64,000 nucleotides of DNA from Bacteroidota bacterium (GCA_022571715.1 JACZXH010000001.1:4116-68115); one strand, 5' to 3'. Positions 39,260 through 49,980 are shown, numbered from the stretch's first letter. Program-made: numbers and translations. The notes: generated by a model not told the origin, from the sequence alone.

Positions 39260-40811
39260 TCTTCGAATTTAGTGAAATTATCGGAATAATCATTTCTTCC
39301 ATTGATACTCCCCCATGCTGAAATGTATCGCGGTAGTATTTCACATAATAATTATAGTTATTGGGATAAGTAAAGAAAAAATCTTTGATGGCAAAAACAT
39401 ATTGTGTACTTACGTTAAGTCTGGAAAGGTGAAGATCATCAGGATTTTTTACCGAATAAATGTCTTCGTCAATAAAACCCAGGTTCTTGCCTTGTTTGTA
39501 ACGAAGGTTTGTGTTTGTATTTCTATCTCCTACAATTTTAAACGGTCGTTTTACCCGTATGGTACCATGATCAGTTGTAATGATCAGCTTTACATCCTTT
39601 TCAGCAATTATTTTCAGTGCTTCGAATAAGGGTGAGTGCTGAAACCACGACCTTGTAATAGAACGGTATGCAGACTCATCAGGAGCAAGCTCCTTGATTA
39701 TAGCCATTTCCGTACGTGCATGAGATAATACGTCCACAAAATTATACACAATCACCGAGAGGTCGTTGGTAATAAAATTCCGAATATTGTCAACCAGTTG
39801 CTTACCTTCGATCACGTTTTTGATTTTATGGTAGCAGAATTTTACATCCAGATTATTCTTTTTTAGCTGTCGTTCAAGAAATTGGCGTTCGAAATTATTT
39901 TTCCCTGAATCTGAATCTTCTCCCTCCCAGATATCTGGATGAGTATTTGCCATTTCATCGGGAAGTAATCCCGAAAATATCGAATTTCTTGAATACGCCG
40001 TTGTGGTAGGCAATATACTATAGTAAGCCTCTTCACTTTCAACATTAAAATATTCTCTAAGGTCTTTGGCGATTATACGCCATTGATCAAATCTGAGATT
40101 ATCGATTACAACAAAAAATACGGGCTGACCTTTGCAAAGCGCAGGGAAAACCTTCTCTTTCATCAGGTTATGCGAAAGCAAAGGGCCGCCTCCGGAATGG
40201 TCGTTCAGCCAGTCTGTATAATGATTCATTACGAATTTTACAAAACCTGAATTTGCTTCATCTTTTTGATTCACAAGCACTTCGGTCATGCCTTTATCTT
40301 TAGTTTCGTCAAATTCAAGTTCCCAGTAAACAAGCTTTCGGTATATGTCTGCCCATTCGTCATGATCCAGATCGTCTCCGAATGCCATACTGATATTCAA
40401 GAAATCCTGGCGGTAAGAAATGTTTGCCCGTTCGCTTACCAGCCGTTTATTATCCAGTATTTTTTTCACCGAAAGAAGAATTTGGTTGGGATTCAGCGGT
40501 TTGATTAGATAATCAGCTATTTTGGCGCCGATCGCTTCTTCCATGATCTGTTCTTCTTCGCTTTTGGTTATCATTACCACCGGCAATTCCGGATTTATTT
40601 CTTTGATGACGTTCAATGTTTCCAGTCCGGTCATACCCGGCATATTTTCATCCAGAAAAATAACGTCAAAATTTTCTTCATTGCATTTGTCCACTGCATC
40701 GGATCCGCTGTTTACGGGTGTAACCTTATACCCTTTATTTTCAAGAAATAAAATATGTGGCTTCAGCAGATCAATCTCGTCGTCTGCCCAGAGTATTTTA
40801 TAATTTTGCAT
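39252..40811 (-). CDS. porX: PorX-type response regulator (REC + PglZ domain)
   Basis: N-terminal receiver (ILWADDEIDLL..., FLDENMPGMTG, ITKSEE) followed by an alkaline-phosphatase-superfamily PglZ domain of about 380 aa (..ITTDHGTIRV.., ..HGGVSMEEMIIP..). Confidence 0.75.
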   Translation of the reverse strand: MQNYKILWADDEIDLLKPHILFLENKGYKVTPVNSGSDAVDKCNEENFDVIFLDENMPGMTGLETLNVIKEINPELPVVMITKSEEEQIMEEAIGAKIADYLIKPLNPNQILLSVKKILDNKRLVSERANISYRQDFLNISMAFGDDLDHDEWADIYRKLVYWELEFDETKDKGMTEVLVNQKDEANSGFVKFVMNHYTDWLNDHSGGGPLLSHNLMKEKVFPALCKGQPVFFVVIDNLRFDQWRIIAKDLREYFNVESEEAYYSILPTTTAYSRNSIFSGLLPDEMANTHPDIWEGEDSDSGKNNFERQFLERQLKKNNLDVKFCYHKIKNVIEGKQLVDNIRNFITNDLSVIVYNFVDVLSHARTEMAIIKELAPDESAYRSITRSWFQHSPLFEALKIIAEKDVKLIITTDHGTIRVKRPFKIVGDRNTNTNLRYKQGKNLGFIDEDIYSVKNPDDLHLSRLNVSTQYVFAIKDFFFTYPNNYNYYVKYYRDTFQHGGVSMEEMIIPIISLNSKNG

Positions 40812-41004
40812 GTATTAAATCTAACAGATTATATCAAAGTTTTGTATAAATTTTCTGAATAATTCAACTTTAATATTTCAATTACACCAGGTTAATTTTA
40901 TTTAAATTATAGATATTAGCCCGATTTGTACTAATATTAATAATTCGATATATTCCTGTAGTTGAAAATATCAGGACAAAAATACAAATCATATTCCTGA
41001 CAGA

Positions 41005-42237
41005 TTGTTTAACAAAAGAAAAATTATCAATGATCCTGTTTATGGGTTTATATCCATTCCCTCGGATTTGATTTACGACCTGATTCAGGAGCCTGTTTTT
41101 CAGCGGCTGCGAAGAATACGTCAACTGGGACTTACGGACCTGGTGTACCCCGGCGCGCTGCACACCCGCTTTCATCATGCCCTGGGAGCCATGCACCTGA
41201 TGAGCAAAACGCTGGATAGCTTCAGAAGAAAAGGCCATTATTTAAGTGATGAAGAATCTGAAGCCGCTCTGATTGCCATCCTGTTGCATGATATCGGTCA
41301 TGGCCCTTTTTCTCATACCCTGGAACATAGCCTGTTTAGTGTAATTCCACATGAGGAATTGTCCCTGCTTATCATGAAAAACCTAAATCAAAAATATGAT
41401 GGGAGGTTAACTCTGGCCATCCAGATATTCACAGATCAGTACCAACGTAAATTTTTCCATGAACTGGTATCAAGCCAGCTAGACATGGACAGGCTCGATT
41501 ACCTCAAGCGAGACAGTTATTTTACCGGTGTATCTGAAGGCGATATAGGCTCCGAACGGATTATTCAGATGTTAAATATATCTGAAGAAAGACTGGTTGT
41601 GGAGGAAAAGGGTATTTACAGTATTGAAAATTTTCTCAGTGCCAGAAGGCTAATGTACTGGCAGGTTTACCTGCACAAAACAACAATTTGTGCCGATAGA
41701 ATGTTAAATAATGTCGTTGACAGAGCAAGGTATTTATATAACGACGGTGTCGATTTATTTGTTCCTGTTCATTTGAAGACTTTTTTTAATAAAGATGTAA
41801 CGATTGAAAATTTCAGCAATGATCAGAAATACCTGGAAAGCTACACATTCCTGGATGATTTTGATATCTGGTATGCGCTAAAAGTCTGGGCTTTTCATTC
41901 CGATAAGGTATTAGCTGATCTCAGCCATTCACTGATCAGCCGAAATCTGTTCCAGATAAATATCTCAAATGAACGTCCGGGATCGCAATTATATAATGCT
42001 ATCAAAAACAAAGTTAAAGCAAGATATGCGCTTACATCATCTGAAGTTGAATATTATGTGTCGAAGGGGTCCATATCCAACTCCGCGTACATTGCCGAAG
42101 GCAAAAAAATAAACATCCTGATGAAAGATGGCCGGGTAATTGATATCACGGAAGCGGCTGACCTGCCCAATATTAAAGCAATGAGTAAAATTGTCAGAAA
42201 ATATTATCTCTACTGGCCTAAACATATATCTTTGTGA
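41005..42237 (+). CDS. HD-domain phosphohydrolase (dNTPase/SAMHD1-like)
   Basis: RFHHALGAMH and LLHDIGHGPFSH metal-binding motifs, and DMDRLDYLKRD. It is the first gene of the lpx cluster. Confidence 0.8.
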   Translation: MFNKRKIINDPVYGFISIPSDLIYDLIQEPVFQRLRRIRQLGLTDLVYPGALHTRFHHALGAMHLMSKTLDSFRRKGHYLSDEESEAALIAILLHDIGHGPFSHTLEHSLFSVIPHEELSLLIMKNLNQKYDGRLTLAIQIFTDQYQRKFFHELVSSQLDMDRLDYLKRDSYFTGVSEGDIGSERIIQMLNISEERLVVEEKGIYSIENFLSARRLMYWQVYLHKTTICADRMLNNVVDRARYLYNDGVDLFVPVHLKTFFNKDVTIENFSNDQKYLESYTFLDDFDIWYALKVWAFHSDKVLADLSHSLISRNLFQINISNERPGSQLYNAIKNKVKARYALTSSEVEYYVSKGSISNSAYIAEGKKINILMKDGRVIDITEAADLPNIKAMSKIVRKYYLYWPKHISL

Positions 42238-42252
42238 GGTAAAACTTTATGT

Positions 42253-43299
42253 ATGGAGTTCACGGTTAATCAACTAGCCCGCATGCTAGACGGCAAAATT
42301 GAGGGAAACGGATCAGAGAAGATCCAATTGCTAAAGAAAATACAAGAAGCAACCAAAGGCAGCATCACATTCTTATCAAATCCCAAATACGAAAAGTACA
42401 TCTACACATCAGACGCCTCAGCCATACTTGTAGATCAAGAATTTGAGCCTAAGCAAACACTCAAAACTACGCTGATAAGGGTAAACGATCCATATCTGAG
42501 TTTTACAATTCTGCTTGAAGAATATCACAGGTTGTTGAATTTTCAGAAAACCGGTGTGGAGTCTCCCTCATTTATAGGTGAAAACACCACCACTGGCGAT
42601 GACCTTTACAGAGGGGCTTTTTCTTATATTGGTGATGATGTACAAATCGGCAACAATGTTAAAATCTATCCACATACATATATTGGAGATCAGGTGAAGA
42701 TCGGTGACAATACGATTCTGTATTCAGGTGTCAGAATTTATTCAAAATGCATAATTGGGTTAAATTGCATTTTACAGGCTGGAGCAGTGGTCGGTAGCGA
42801 CGGGTTTGGTTATGCGCCTCAAAAAGACGGTTCATACAAAACCATACCTCAACTTGGCAACGTGGTCATTGGCGATTTTGTTCATCTTGGCGCAAATACC
42901 ACAATAGATTGCGCCACGCTGGAAGGTGACAGCACGGTGGTTGGTGAGGGAACCAAACTCGATAATCTTGTACAATTAGGTCATAATGTTTCAATCGGAA
43001 AACATACTGTAATTGCAAGCCAGGCTGGGATTTCAGGATCCACTAATATTGGCGATTATTGCATAATAGGAGGCCAGGCAGGATTTGCAGGCCACCTGGT
43101 GATTCATAACCACACCGGTGTAGGAGCCCAGGCGGGGGTAACGAAAAACACTAAAAAAGAAGGGGAAAAATTGTTGGGCTCTTTCGCGATCGACATTCGT
43201 GGTTATATTAATTCTTATGCCGTTTTCAAGAAGTTACCCGAATTAAACAAACGACTTAAGGAACTTGAGGAAAAAATAGTAAATTTGCCGATTGTTTAG
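42253..43299 (+). CDS. lpxD: UDP-3-O-acylglucosamine N-acyltransferase
   Basis: N-terminal LpxD domain, then left-handed beta-helix hexapeptide repeats (IGDDVQIGNNVKIYPHTYIGDQVKIGDNT..) and a C-terminal helix. Confidence 0.92.
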   Translation: MEFTVNQLARMLDGKIEGNGSEKIQLLKKIQEATKGSITFLSNPKYEKYIYTSDASAILVDQEFEPKQTLKTTLIRVNDPYLSFTILLEEYHRLLNFQKTGVESPSFIGENTTTGDDLYRGAFSYIGDDVQIGNNVKIYPHTYIGDQVKIGDNTILYSGVRIYSKCIIGLNCILQAGAVVGSDGFGYAPQKDGSYKTIPQLGNVVIGDFVHLGANTTIDCATLEGDSTVVGEGTKLDNLVQLGHNVSIGKHTVIASQAGISGSTNIGDYCIIGGQAGFAGHLVIHNHTGVGAQAGVTKNTKKEGEKLLGSFAIDIRGYINSYAVFKKLPELNKRLKELEEKIVNLPIV

Positions 43300-43315
43300 G
43301 GACCCAAGGTAACCA

Positions 43316-44707
43316 ATGAATTTAAAACAGCATACGATAAAAAAGTCTGTTTCCATTTCAGGTGTGGGACTACATACCGGCGTAGATGCACATATGACGT
43401 TTCAGCCTGCACCACCCAATCATGGAATCAAATTTCAGCGTACAGATCTTCCTGGTAACCCGATTGTGGATGCTGATGTTGATAATGTGGTTGATCTTTC
43501 CAGAGGTACCACAATAGAACAAAACGGTGCACGCATTAACACGGTAGAGCACACTTTGGCAGCGCTTGTGGGCATGCAAATCGACAATGTACTTGTACAG
43601 CTTGACGGACCTGAACCTCCCATAGGGGACGGTAGCTCTAAACCCTATGTTGAAAAACTCAAACAAGCAGGTGCCAAAGAACAAAATGCACTTCGTGATT
43701 TTTTCGAAGTACATGAAGGTGTATTTTACCGAGATAAATCACGAGACATTGAAATAGCCGCTTTGCCGCTCGATGACTATCGTATCACGGTGATGGTAGA
43801 TTATAAATCACCTGTATTAGGTTCGCAGCATGCATCGCTCAATGACATTACAAAATTCGAATCAGAGATCGCTGCTTCACGTACATTTTGTTTTCTGCAC
43901 GAGTTGGAAGAACTCCATAAAGAAGGTTTGATTAAAGGGGGAGACCTTAACAATGCCATTGTGGTAGTGGATCGTGTAGTCGAAGAAGACGAGATGGAAC
44001 AACTTGCCAAACTGTTTAATAAGCCGAATGTAATTGTTAAAAAGGAAGGCATACTTAACAATGTGGAACTCAGGCATAAAAATGAACCGGCACGCCATAA
44101 GCTACTCGATGTTATGGGAGACCTGGCCCTCGTGGGAAAACCTATAAAAGCGCAGATTCTTGCTGCAAGGCCAGGACATGCTGCCAACATTGCATTTGCC
44201 AAAAAACTTAAAAAGGTCATGCTTGCCAACGAAAAAGCAGTGCCTAAGTATGATCCCGATCTTCCACCTGTGGTTGATATCAGTCAAATTACAAACATTC
44301 TCCCTCACCGTTATCCTTTTTTACTGATCGATAAGATCATTCACCTTGACAAACATATGGTAGCTGGTGTAAAAAACGTTACCATAAACGAACCGTTTTT
44401 TCAAGGTCACTTTCCGGGCAACCCCGTTATGCCCGGTGTGCTACAGGTAGAAGCAATGGCTCAGATCGGTGGCATTCTGGTGTTAAACTCCGTTCCTGAT
44501 CCTGAAAATTACTGGACTCTTTTCCTTGCTATCGATAACTTTAAATTTAGAAGAATGGTGGTGCCCGGAGATACGCTTATTATAAAATGCGAGCTTGACT
44601 TTCCAATAAAACGTGGCATTGCAAAAATGTCAGGTCGAGCATATGTAGGTAAAAAGCTTGTTTGTGAAGGCTCCATGACCGCAAGCATGATAAAGAAAAA
44701 TCCGTGA
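43316..44707 (+). CDS. lpxC/fabZ: Bifunctional UDP-3-O-acyl-GlcNAc deacetylase / 3-hydroxyacyl-ACP dehydratase
   Basis: The LpxC half has TIKKSVSISGVGLHTG and HKLLD..GDLAL. The FabZ half has LPHRYPFLLIDKI and FFQGHFPGNPVMPGV. The fusion is typical of Bacteroidota. Confidence 0.95.
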   Translation: MNLKQHTIKKSVSISGVGLHTGVDAHMTFQPAPPNHGIKFQRTDLPGNPIVDADVDNVVDLSRGTTIEQNGARINTVEHTLAALVGMQIDNVLVQLDGPEPPIGDGSSKPYVEKLKQAGAKEQNALRDFFEVHEGVFYRDKSRDIEIAALPLDDYRITVMVDYKSPVLGSQHASLNDITKFESEIAASRTFCFLHELEELHKEGLIKGGDLNNAIVVVDRVVEEDEMEQLAKLFNKPNVIVKKEGILNNVELRHKNEPARHKLLDVMGDLALVGKPIKAQILAARPGHAANIAFAKKLKKVMLANEKAVPKYDPDLPPVVDISQITNILPHRYPFLLIDKIIHLDKHMVAGVKNVTINEPFFQGHFPGNPVMPGVLQVEAMAQIGGILVLNSVPDPENYWTLFLAIDNFKFRRMVVPGDTLIIKCELDFPIKRGIAKMSGRAYVGKKLVCEGSMTASMIKKNP

Positions 44708-45483
44708 AACAACCTTTAGCATACATTCATCCCGATGCTAAAATAGCAGCGAATGTAGTTATTGAGCCATTTTCTGTAATTGACAAGAATGTGAAGATCG
44801 GCGAAGGAACATGGATAGGCCCTAACGTTAACATATTTGAAGGTGCACGTATCGGGAAAAACGTTAAAATATTTCCAGGAGCCAGTATATCAGCGATTCC
44901 GCAAGACCTAAAATTCAGTGGTGAAGACACCAACGCCATAATAGGTGATAACACTATAATACGGGAATGCGTTACCATAAGTCGTGGTACAAAAGATAAA
45001 TTTAAAACCAAAATTGGCAAAAATTGCCTCCTGATGGCTTACGTACATGTAGCCCATGATTGTGTCATTGGTAATCATTGTATCTTAGTGAATGCTGTTC
45101 AGATTGCAGGCCATGTTGATATTGAAAATTATGCCATTATCGGGGGCGCTTCTGCCATACACCAGTTTGTTAAGATAGGTACTCATGCCATGGTGAGCGG
45201 TGGCTCACTGGTACGCAAAGATGTGCCACCTTACACAAAAGCAGCACGTGAACCACTGAGTTATAGTGGTATAAATTCGATCGGCCTAAGAAGAAGAGGA
45301 TATTCTTCGGATAAAATCATCGAGATTCAGGAAATCTACCGCCAAATTTATCTGAGAGGAAAGAACAACTCTATGGCACTTGATATACTCGAACTGGAAA
45401 TGAAGCCTTCGAAAGAAAGAGATGAAATCATCCGGTTTGTTCGAAGCTCCGACAGGGGGATCATGAAGGGATTTATGAAGTAA
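44704..45483 (+). CDS. lpxA: Acyl-ACP--UDP-N-acetylglucosamine O-acyltransferase
   Basis: Hexapeptide-repeat beta-helix, IHPDAKIAANVVIEPFSVI.., and a C-terminal helical domain ..GINSIGLRRRG... It overlaps lpxC/fabZ by 4 nt. Confidence 0.93.
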   Translation: MKQPLAYIHPDAKIAANVVIEPFSVIDKNVKIGEGTWIGPNVNIFEGARIGKNVKIFPGASISAIPQDLKFSGEDTNAIIGDNTIIRECVTISRGTKDKFKTKIGKNCLLMAYVHVAHDCVIGNHCILVNAVQIAGHVDIENYAIIGGASAIHQFVKIGTHAMVSGGSLVRKDVPPYTKAAREPLSYSGINSIGLRRRGYSSDKIIEIQEIYRQIYLRGKNNSMALDILELEMKPSKERDEIIRFVRSSDRGIMKGFMK

Positions 45484-45698
45484 TACAATTAAAATAAATG
45501 GTGATTAGAAGACACTATGTGAATAGTTGAATCTAAATATTAAAAAATCGGTTACTTTTTACTTATTGAAAACATAAATCAATGTGTTATGGTTGTCTCA
45601 CCGATTGGTTATCTGACAATATCCATATAAATTAGTGTAGATTTTAACCAATATTGTATATTTTTGAATTACGATTATTCGATAAACCAAAATAAACT

Positions 45699-46178
45699 AT
45701 GAAATCATTTAATTTAATAACAATCGTTCTAATGATCGGCGGATTGGCATTTATAACCGCGTGCGGAGGAGATGATCCTGTTGAACCCACAGCAGCAGAA
45801 AAAGCATTGGAAGAACTTGCCGGCACCAGTTCTTTCACCTGGGCATTAGCTACCGGTACTGCGGTAACATTGGATAGTGATGACAGAACAGACGAGTGGC
45901 AGAATTTCGAGCTTACGTTTACTATAAGCAAAAGCTACAACACTACAAATTCGTCTGAAGAAAGTGTCTGGCCATCGGCTGGTACATGGGATTTTGTAGG
46001 TATAGATGGAGCGGGTCTGGGTGTACTGATAAGAAGCGACCAGCAGCAAATCAACATCGACAACATTTCAACAAGTAATCTTACACTGAGTTTTGATAAA
46101 GTACTTGCAAGTGCTCATCAAAATGAAAGGGTAGCTTCCATTGAGGGCAATTGGGTATTCAAATTCGTTAAAAAGTAA
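45699..46178 (+). CDS. Hypothetical lipoprotein
   Basis: Signal plus lipobox LAFITACGGDD. A small beta-rich protein of 159 aa with no recognisable catalytic motif. Confidence 0.55.
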   Translation: MKSFNLITIVLMIGGLAFITACGGDDPVEPTAAEKALEELAGTSSFTWALATGTAVTLDSDDRTDEWQNFELTFTISKSYNTTNSSEESVWPSAGTWDFVGIDGAGLGVLIRSDQQQINIDNISTSNLTLSFDKVLASAHQNERVASIEGNWVFKFVKK

Positions 46179-46207
46179 GATATCACATTTTTAACATGCT
46201 ATAAATT

Positions 46208-46233
46208 AAAGAGGGCTTGGTTCCTCTTTTTTA
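46208..46233. terminator. Weak hairpin + T-run between convergent lipoprotein gene and mutS2
   Basis: AAAGAGG-gcttggtt-CCTCTTT followed by TTT on the plus strand, with a T/A-rich tail on the other strand. The stem is short (6-7 bp), so support is modest. Confidence 0.3.
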
Positions 46234-48612
46234 TTATTTCAGCTTCACTACCGTTATACCGGCCCCTCCTCTTTCTATATGATCGTCTTCTGCCGATACT
46301 ACTTCAGTAAAAGAATTCAGATGTTCCTTTATGACTTTCCGGAGTACACCGTCTCCTTTACCATGAAGTATCTTTATTTCATGATGACCCAGAAGAAGGG
46401 CATCGTCAATATACGAATCCAGTATCCTAGCAATTTCTTCAGCACGCCTTCCTCTAACATCAAGTTGTGTTGAAAATGACTTTTGCTTTTGCACTATATC
46501 CAGACCCTGTACAGACCTGGTTTTAATTACAAAAGCATGCTGTGGAGGCTTTATTCTTTTCATATCGGCCAGTTTGGCATGCATTTTCAGATCTCCTGAA
46601 ATAAGTTTTGCCGATTTCCCTTTTATTGTCAGCACTTTACCGGTCATTCCGGTGCTGTTTATAAACACGAAATCTCCCGCTTGTATGGCCCCTTCTAGGT
46701 AAACATGTACCTCATCAGGAAGTCTCCTGATATTTTCCGGTCTTATCCTTTCCTTATACTTCGAAAGTTTTTCCCTGAGTCTTTTGGTCTCTTTTTTCTG
46801 TGCTTTGTTCTCTTTGATATGCCGTATCGTCTTTTCGATGTTCTTGTTGGCTTGATTTAAAAGGTTCTGTGCTTCCGATTTCGCGTTGTTAATAATCTCC
46901 TTTTTTCTGGAATCCAATTCATCGAAAAGGTTTTGGTACAGCTCTATTTTCTCGCCCAGATCGCGCTCCATATTCTTTGCATGCCCGAGTTTCACAGAGA
47001 GGGCTCTTTTTTCTTCTGTCAGTTTGTTGATCAGGCTTTCTACCTGAACGCTGTCAGATCCTGCTATCTGCCTTGCTTTTTTCAGAACGTTTTTTGGAAT
47101 CCCGATCTTTCGGGCTACTTCAAGTGCAAATGAGCTACCAGGCCGACCGGCCTCGAGGGTGTAAAGTGGTTCGAGGTTTTCGAGATCAAACTGCATGGCT
47201 CCGTTCAGAATTCCGGCTGATTTCTGTGCAAATTCTTTCAGATTGCTGTAATGCGTTGTGATCACACCTAAACAACCCGATTGTAGTAGCTTCTCAAGAA
47301 TAGCCTCGGCAATGGCACCGCCAAATTTCGGATCCGTTCCTGTTCCAAATTCATCGATCAGAATGAGCGATTCCTTTCTGCATGCAGTAATAAATATCCG
47401 CATATTTTCAAGGTGTGAGCTATATGTGCTCAGGTCATTTTCGATCGATTGTTCATCACCCAGATCAACAAAAATATCCTTAAATAAACCGATTTTCGAA
47501 TCCTTATCCACCGGAATCAGTAAACCGCATTGTAGCATATATTGCAGTAAACCAACTGTTTTCAGACAGACAGACTTGCCTCCTGCATTGGGGCCAGAAA
47601 TCAGGATGATCCGTTCTTTCTTATTGAGGTTAACTTTTAACGGAACGACGAGCCGGCCTGTTCCTTTGTAGTTGTGAAGCAAAACCGGATGACGGGCATT
47701 TTCCATTGTAATTATAGGGTCACCACTGATTTCAGGAAGTTCACCCTCCATTTCTATTGACAACCTGGCTTTTGCGATTATAAAATCAATGAGGCACAAA
47801 TATTGAAATGCACTTTCGATGGCATCAATGTCGGCCCGGACAGCATCCGTCAAACTCCTGAGTATTTTAATTATCTCCCGTTTTTCGGCATAACCAAGAT
47901 CAACGATAGCATTATTGGCTTCCAAAACCTCCGTAGGCTCGAGGTAAACCGTGTGCCCGGAAGATGATTCATCGTGTATAAATCCACTTATTTTACGCTT
48001 ACTGGAAGCATGAACCGGAATTACAAGTCTGCCGTCACGTATAGTAGGCCCGGTATTGTCGGGTATGTATCCAGCTTTTTTTGCTTCTTTAAATATATGA
48101 TCCAACGATTTGCGTATGTTACCTTGGGCTTTTCGAAGATTACGCTTTATTTTCTTCAGCTCTGGGCTCGCATCATCACGCATCCCGCCATTATCGTCAA
48201 ACTTTGAAAGGATTTTCTTTACTATACTTTTATCAAAAAAAACCAGTAGGCCTGATTCATGCAAAGTAGAAATATCGTTTTCTGCAGAAATATGTGCATG
48301 GATTTTAAATGCAGATTGCATGGCATTAGCTATATCCAGCATCTCTTGCAATTCCAGGTAGGTTTCCTTAATTCTGATATTTTTAAGAAATACTGCCGCA
48401 TCAGCACATTTCGGGCCAGGCACATTACCGGTAGAAATCAGAAACTTCATTTCATGAGTCTGTGTAAGAAGCGTAGTTACGGTATCATATTGTGCTGAAA
48501 ACCGGATATTTTCAACCATTTGTCGGCTGCAATCGAATTGACAATGGTTACTCAACCAGCTCTTTACAACATCAAATCCAAGCTTTTGTTCAATACCTGA
48601 TGGGTGAAGCAT
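46234..48612 (-). CDS. mutS2: Endonuclease MutS2 (MutS domain V ATPase + C-terminal Smr)
   Basis: Walker A ISGPNAGGKS, Walker B LILIDEFGTGTDP, a long coiled-coil, and a C-terminal Smr domain LDVRGRRAEEA...HGKGDGVLR. Confidence 0.93.
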   Translation of the reverse strand: MLHPSGIEQKLGFDVVKSWLSNHCQFDCSRQMVENIRFSAQYDTVTTLLTQTHEMKFLISTGNVPGPKCADAAVFLKNIRIKETYLELQEMLDIANAMQSAFKIHAHISAENDISTLHESGLLVFFDKSIVKKILSKFDDNGGMRDDASPELKKIKRNLRKAQGNIRKSLDHIFKEAKKAGYIPDNTGPTIRDGRLVIPVHASSKRKISGFIHDESSSGHTVYLEPTEVLEANNAIVDLGYAEKREIIKILRSLTDAVRADIDAIESAFQYLCLIDFIIAKARLSIEMEGELPEISGDPIITMENARHPVLLHNYKGTGRLVVPLKVNLNKKERIILISGPNAGGKSVCLKTVGLLQYMLQCGLLIPVDKDSKIGLFKDIFVDLGDEQSIENDLSTYSSHLENMRIFITACRKESLILIDEFGTGTDPKFGGAIAEAILEKLLQSGCLGVITTHYSNLKEFAQKSAGILNGAMQFDLENLEPLYTLEAGRPGSSFALEVARKIGIPKNVLKKARQIAGSDSVQVESLINKLTEEKRALSVKLGHAKNMERDLGEKIELYQNLFDELDSRKKEIINNAKSEAQNLLNQANKNIEKTIRHIKENKAQKKETKRLREKLSKYKERIRPENIRRLPDEVHVYLEGAIQAGDFVFINSTGMTGKVLTIKGKSAKLISGDLKMHAKLADMKRIKPPQHAFVIKTRSVQGLDIVQKQKSFSTQLDVRGRRAEEIARILDSYIDDALLLGHHEIKILHGKGDGVLRKVIKEHLNSFTEVVSAEDDHIERGGAGITVVKLK

Positions 48613-48685
48613 GTTATCGAAGTATCTGTAATGAAATAAATGTATCGGAATTTAACTTTTTTTTCAAATGGTCGTCGGTATAACA

Positions 48686-49033
48686 TTATTCCTGCACCTT
48701 TCTAGCAAGACTGTTGCGCAGGCTTAACGAATCGACGACAGCAGAATAAATTTCGTACATCATGTCCGCATGATCGAGGTACCAGCTATAGCTCTCATAA
48801 AAAGTGGAATCACGTACCTTCATTTTCGACAGAAGGTCTTTCTCCATGATAATAAAGAGTATTTCAGATGAATCGGTAGGTAACCTTAGATTTTGAACCT
48901 GGGCCTGAATAGTATGAAGTTCGACCAGAAAGGATATCATATCCTGTTGTTTCATTATTCTGTCAGGCAGTTTATCCCTCCTAGAACAGGAAAATACCAT
49001 TATTATAATTAAGAGCCAAAAATTGGGTTTCAC
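48686..49033 (-). CDS. DUF4296-like lipoprotein
   Basis: Lipobox IIIMVFSC followed by ..MKQQDMISFLVELHTIQAQV.., resembling the DUF4296 family common in Bacteroidota. Confidence 0.5.
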   Translation of the reverse strand: MKPNFWLLIIIMVFSCSRRDKLPDRIMKQQDMISFLVELHTIQAQVQNLRLPTDSSEILFIIMEKDLLSKMKVRDSTFYESYSWYLDHADMMYEIYSAVVDSLSLRNSLARKVQE

Positions 49034-49101
49034 TTCACAAAAATATTCCTTTTTGTTCTAATTTTAAACCCCAGGTTTTTTATTTACCGATCAATGAGGG
49101 G

Positions 49102-49980
49102 ATGAAAGATTTATTTAAGAAGGTCAGGAAATATGAAATAAGAATCAGAAAAGCCATCAATTCCCAGATGCAGGGAGATTTTCATTCAGTGTTTAAAGGT
49201 TCAGGCCTTGAATTTGATGATGTAAGAGCGTATCAGTATGGCGACGACGTTCGCACTATTGACTGGAATGTGACTGCCAAAGGACACGGTACTTTCGTAA
49301 AAACGTTTATTGAAACCAAAGAGCAAACTGTTTTTTTTCTGATTGATGTAAGCGGTTCGCAGGAAATAGGCAATCCGGGCCAGCGAAAACTCGACATTTC
49401 ATGCGAAATTTGCGGTGTACTGTCGCTTGTAGCCCTGAAAGAATCAAGCAAAGTGGGCTTGATCTGTTTTTCAGATCAGAAAGAACAATTTATAAATCCG
49501 GCAAAGGGGAAGCTGCATTTGTACCACATCCTCTCTGGCCTGTTTGATCTTAAACCCAAATCAACCAAAACAAATATTAATAAAGCAATTGTATATACCC
49601 TCAATGCAATAAAAAAAAGAAGTGTGATATTTTTAATATCTGATTTTATAGATGAGGGATATCACAAAAACCTGAAAGCACTTGCAAAAAAACATGACCT
49701 TGTGGTCATTCAGATCAATGATCAGCGGGAACATAATATACCCAACCTTGGTATAATTCCAGTCTATGATAAAGAAAGCAAAAAAACCAAATGGGTCAAT
49801 ACCTCTTCATTGTATTTCAGATCACAGATTGACCACACTTATACGCAAAACAAGCAAAGTCTGATTGAAATATGCCGTAAATACCAAATCAACTTTCTTT
49901 CTATTTACACGCAGGAAGATTATGTGCCAAAACTGATCAGATTGTTTAAAGTCAGGAATAAAACGCTGAAACGTGCTTAA
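49102..49980 (+). CDS. DUF58 domain protein (MoxR/Bat-cluster associated)
   Basis: Core motif GDFHSVFKGSGLEFDDVRAYQYGDDVRTIDWNVTAK followed by a VWA-like fold FLIDVSGS. Confidence 0.85.
   Translation: MKDLFKKVRKYEIRIRKAINSQMQGDFHSVFKGSGLEFDDVRAYQYGDDVRTIDWNVTAKGHGTFVKTFIETKEQTVFFLIDVSGSQEIGNPGQRKLDISCEICGVLSLVALKESSKVGLICFSDQKEQFINPAKGKLHLYHILSGLFDLKPKSTKTNINKAIVYTLNAIKKRSVIFLISDFIDEGYHKNLKALAKKHDLVVIQINDQREHNIPNLGIIPVYDKESKKTKWVNTSSLYFRSQIDHTYTQNKQSLIEICRKYQINFLSIYTQEDYVPKLIRLFKVRNKTLKRA

Noticed and set aside
40882-41238. A 118-aa minus-strand ORF spanning the porX/HD-gene divergent spacer and the HD gene 5' end.
   Set aside because: It overlaps the HD-domain gene start in antisense, has no motifs, and its upstream part is AT-rich promoter-like sequence.
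43370-44308. Several minus-strand ORFs (62-142 aa) inside lpxC/fabZ.
   Set aside because: They are shadow ORFs antisense to a well-supported fusion gene. The translations are low complexity (Ser/Leu/Ala-rich).
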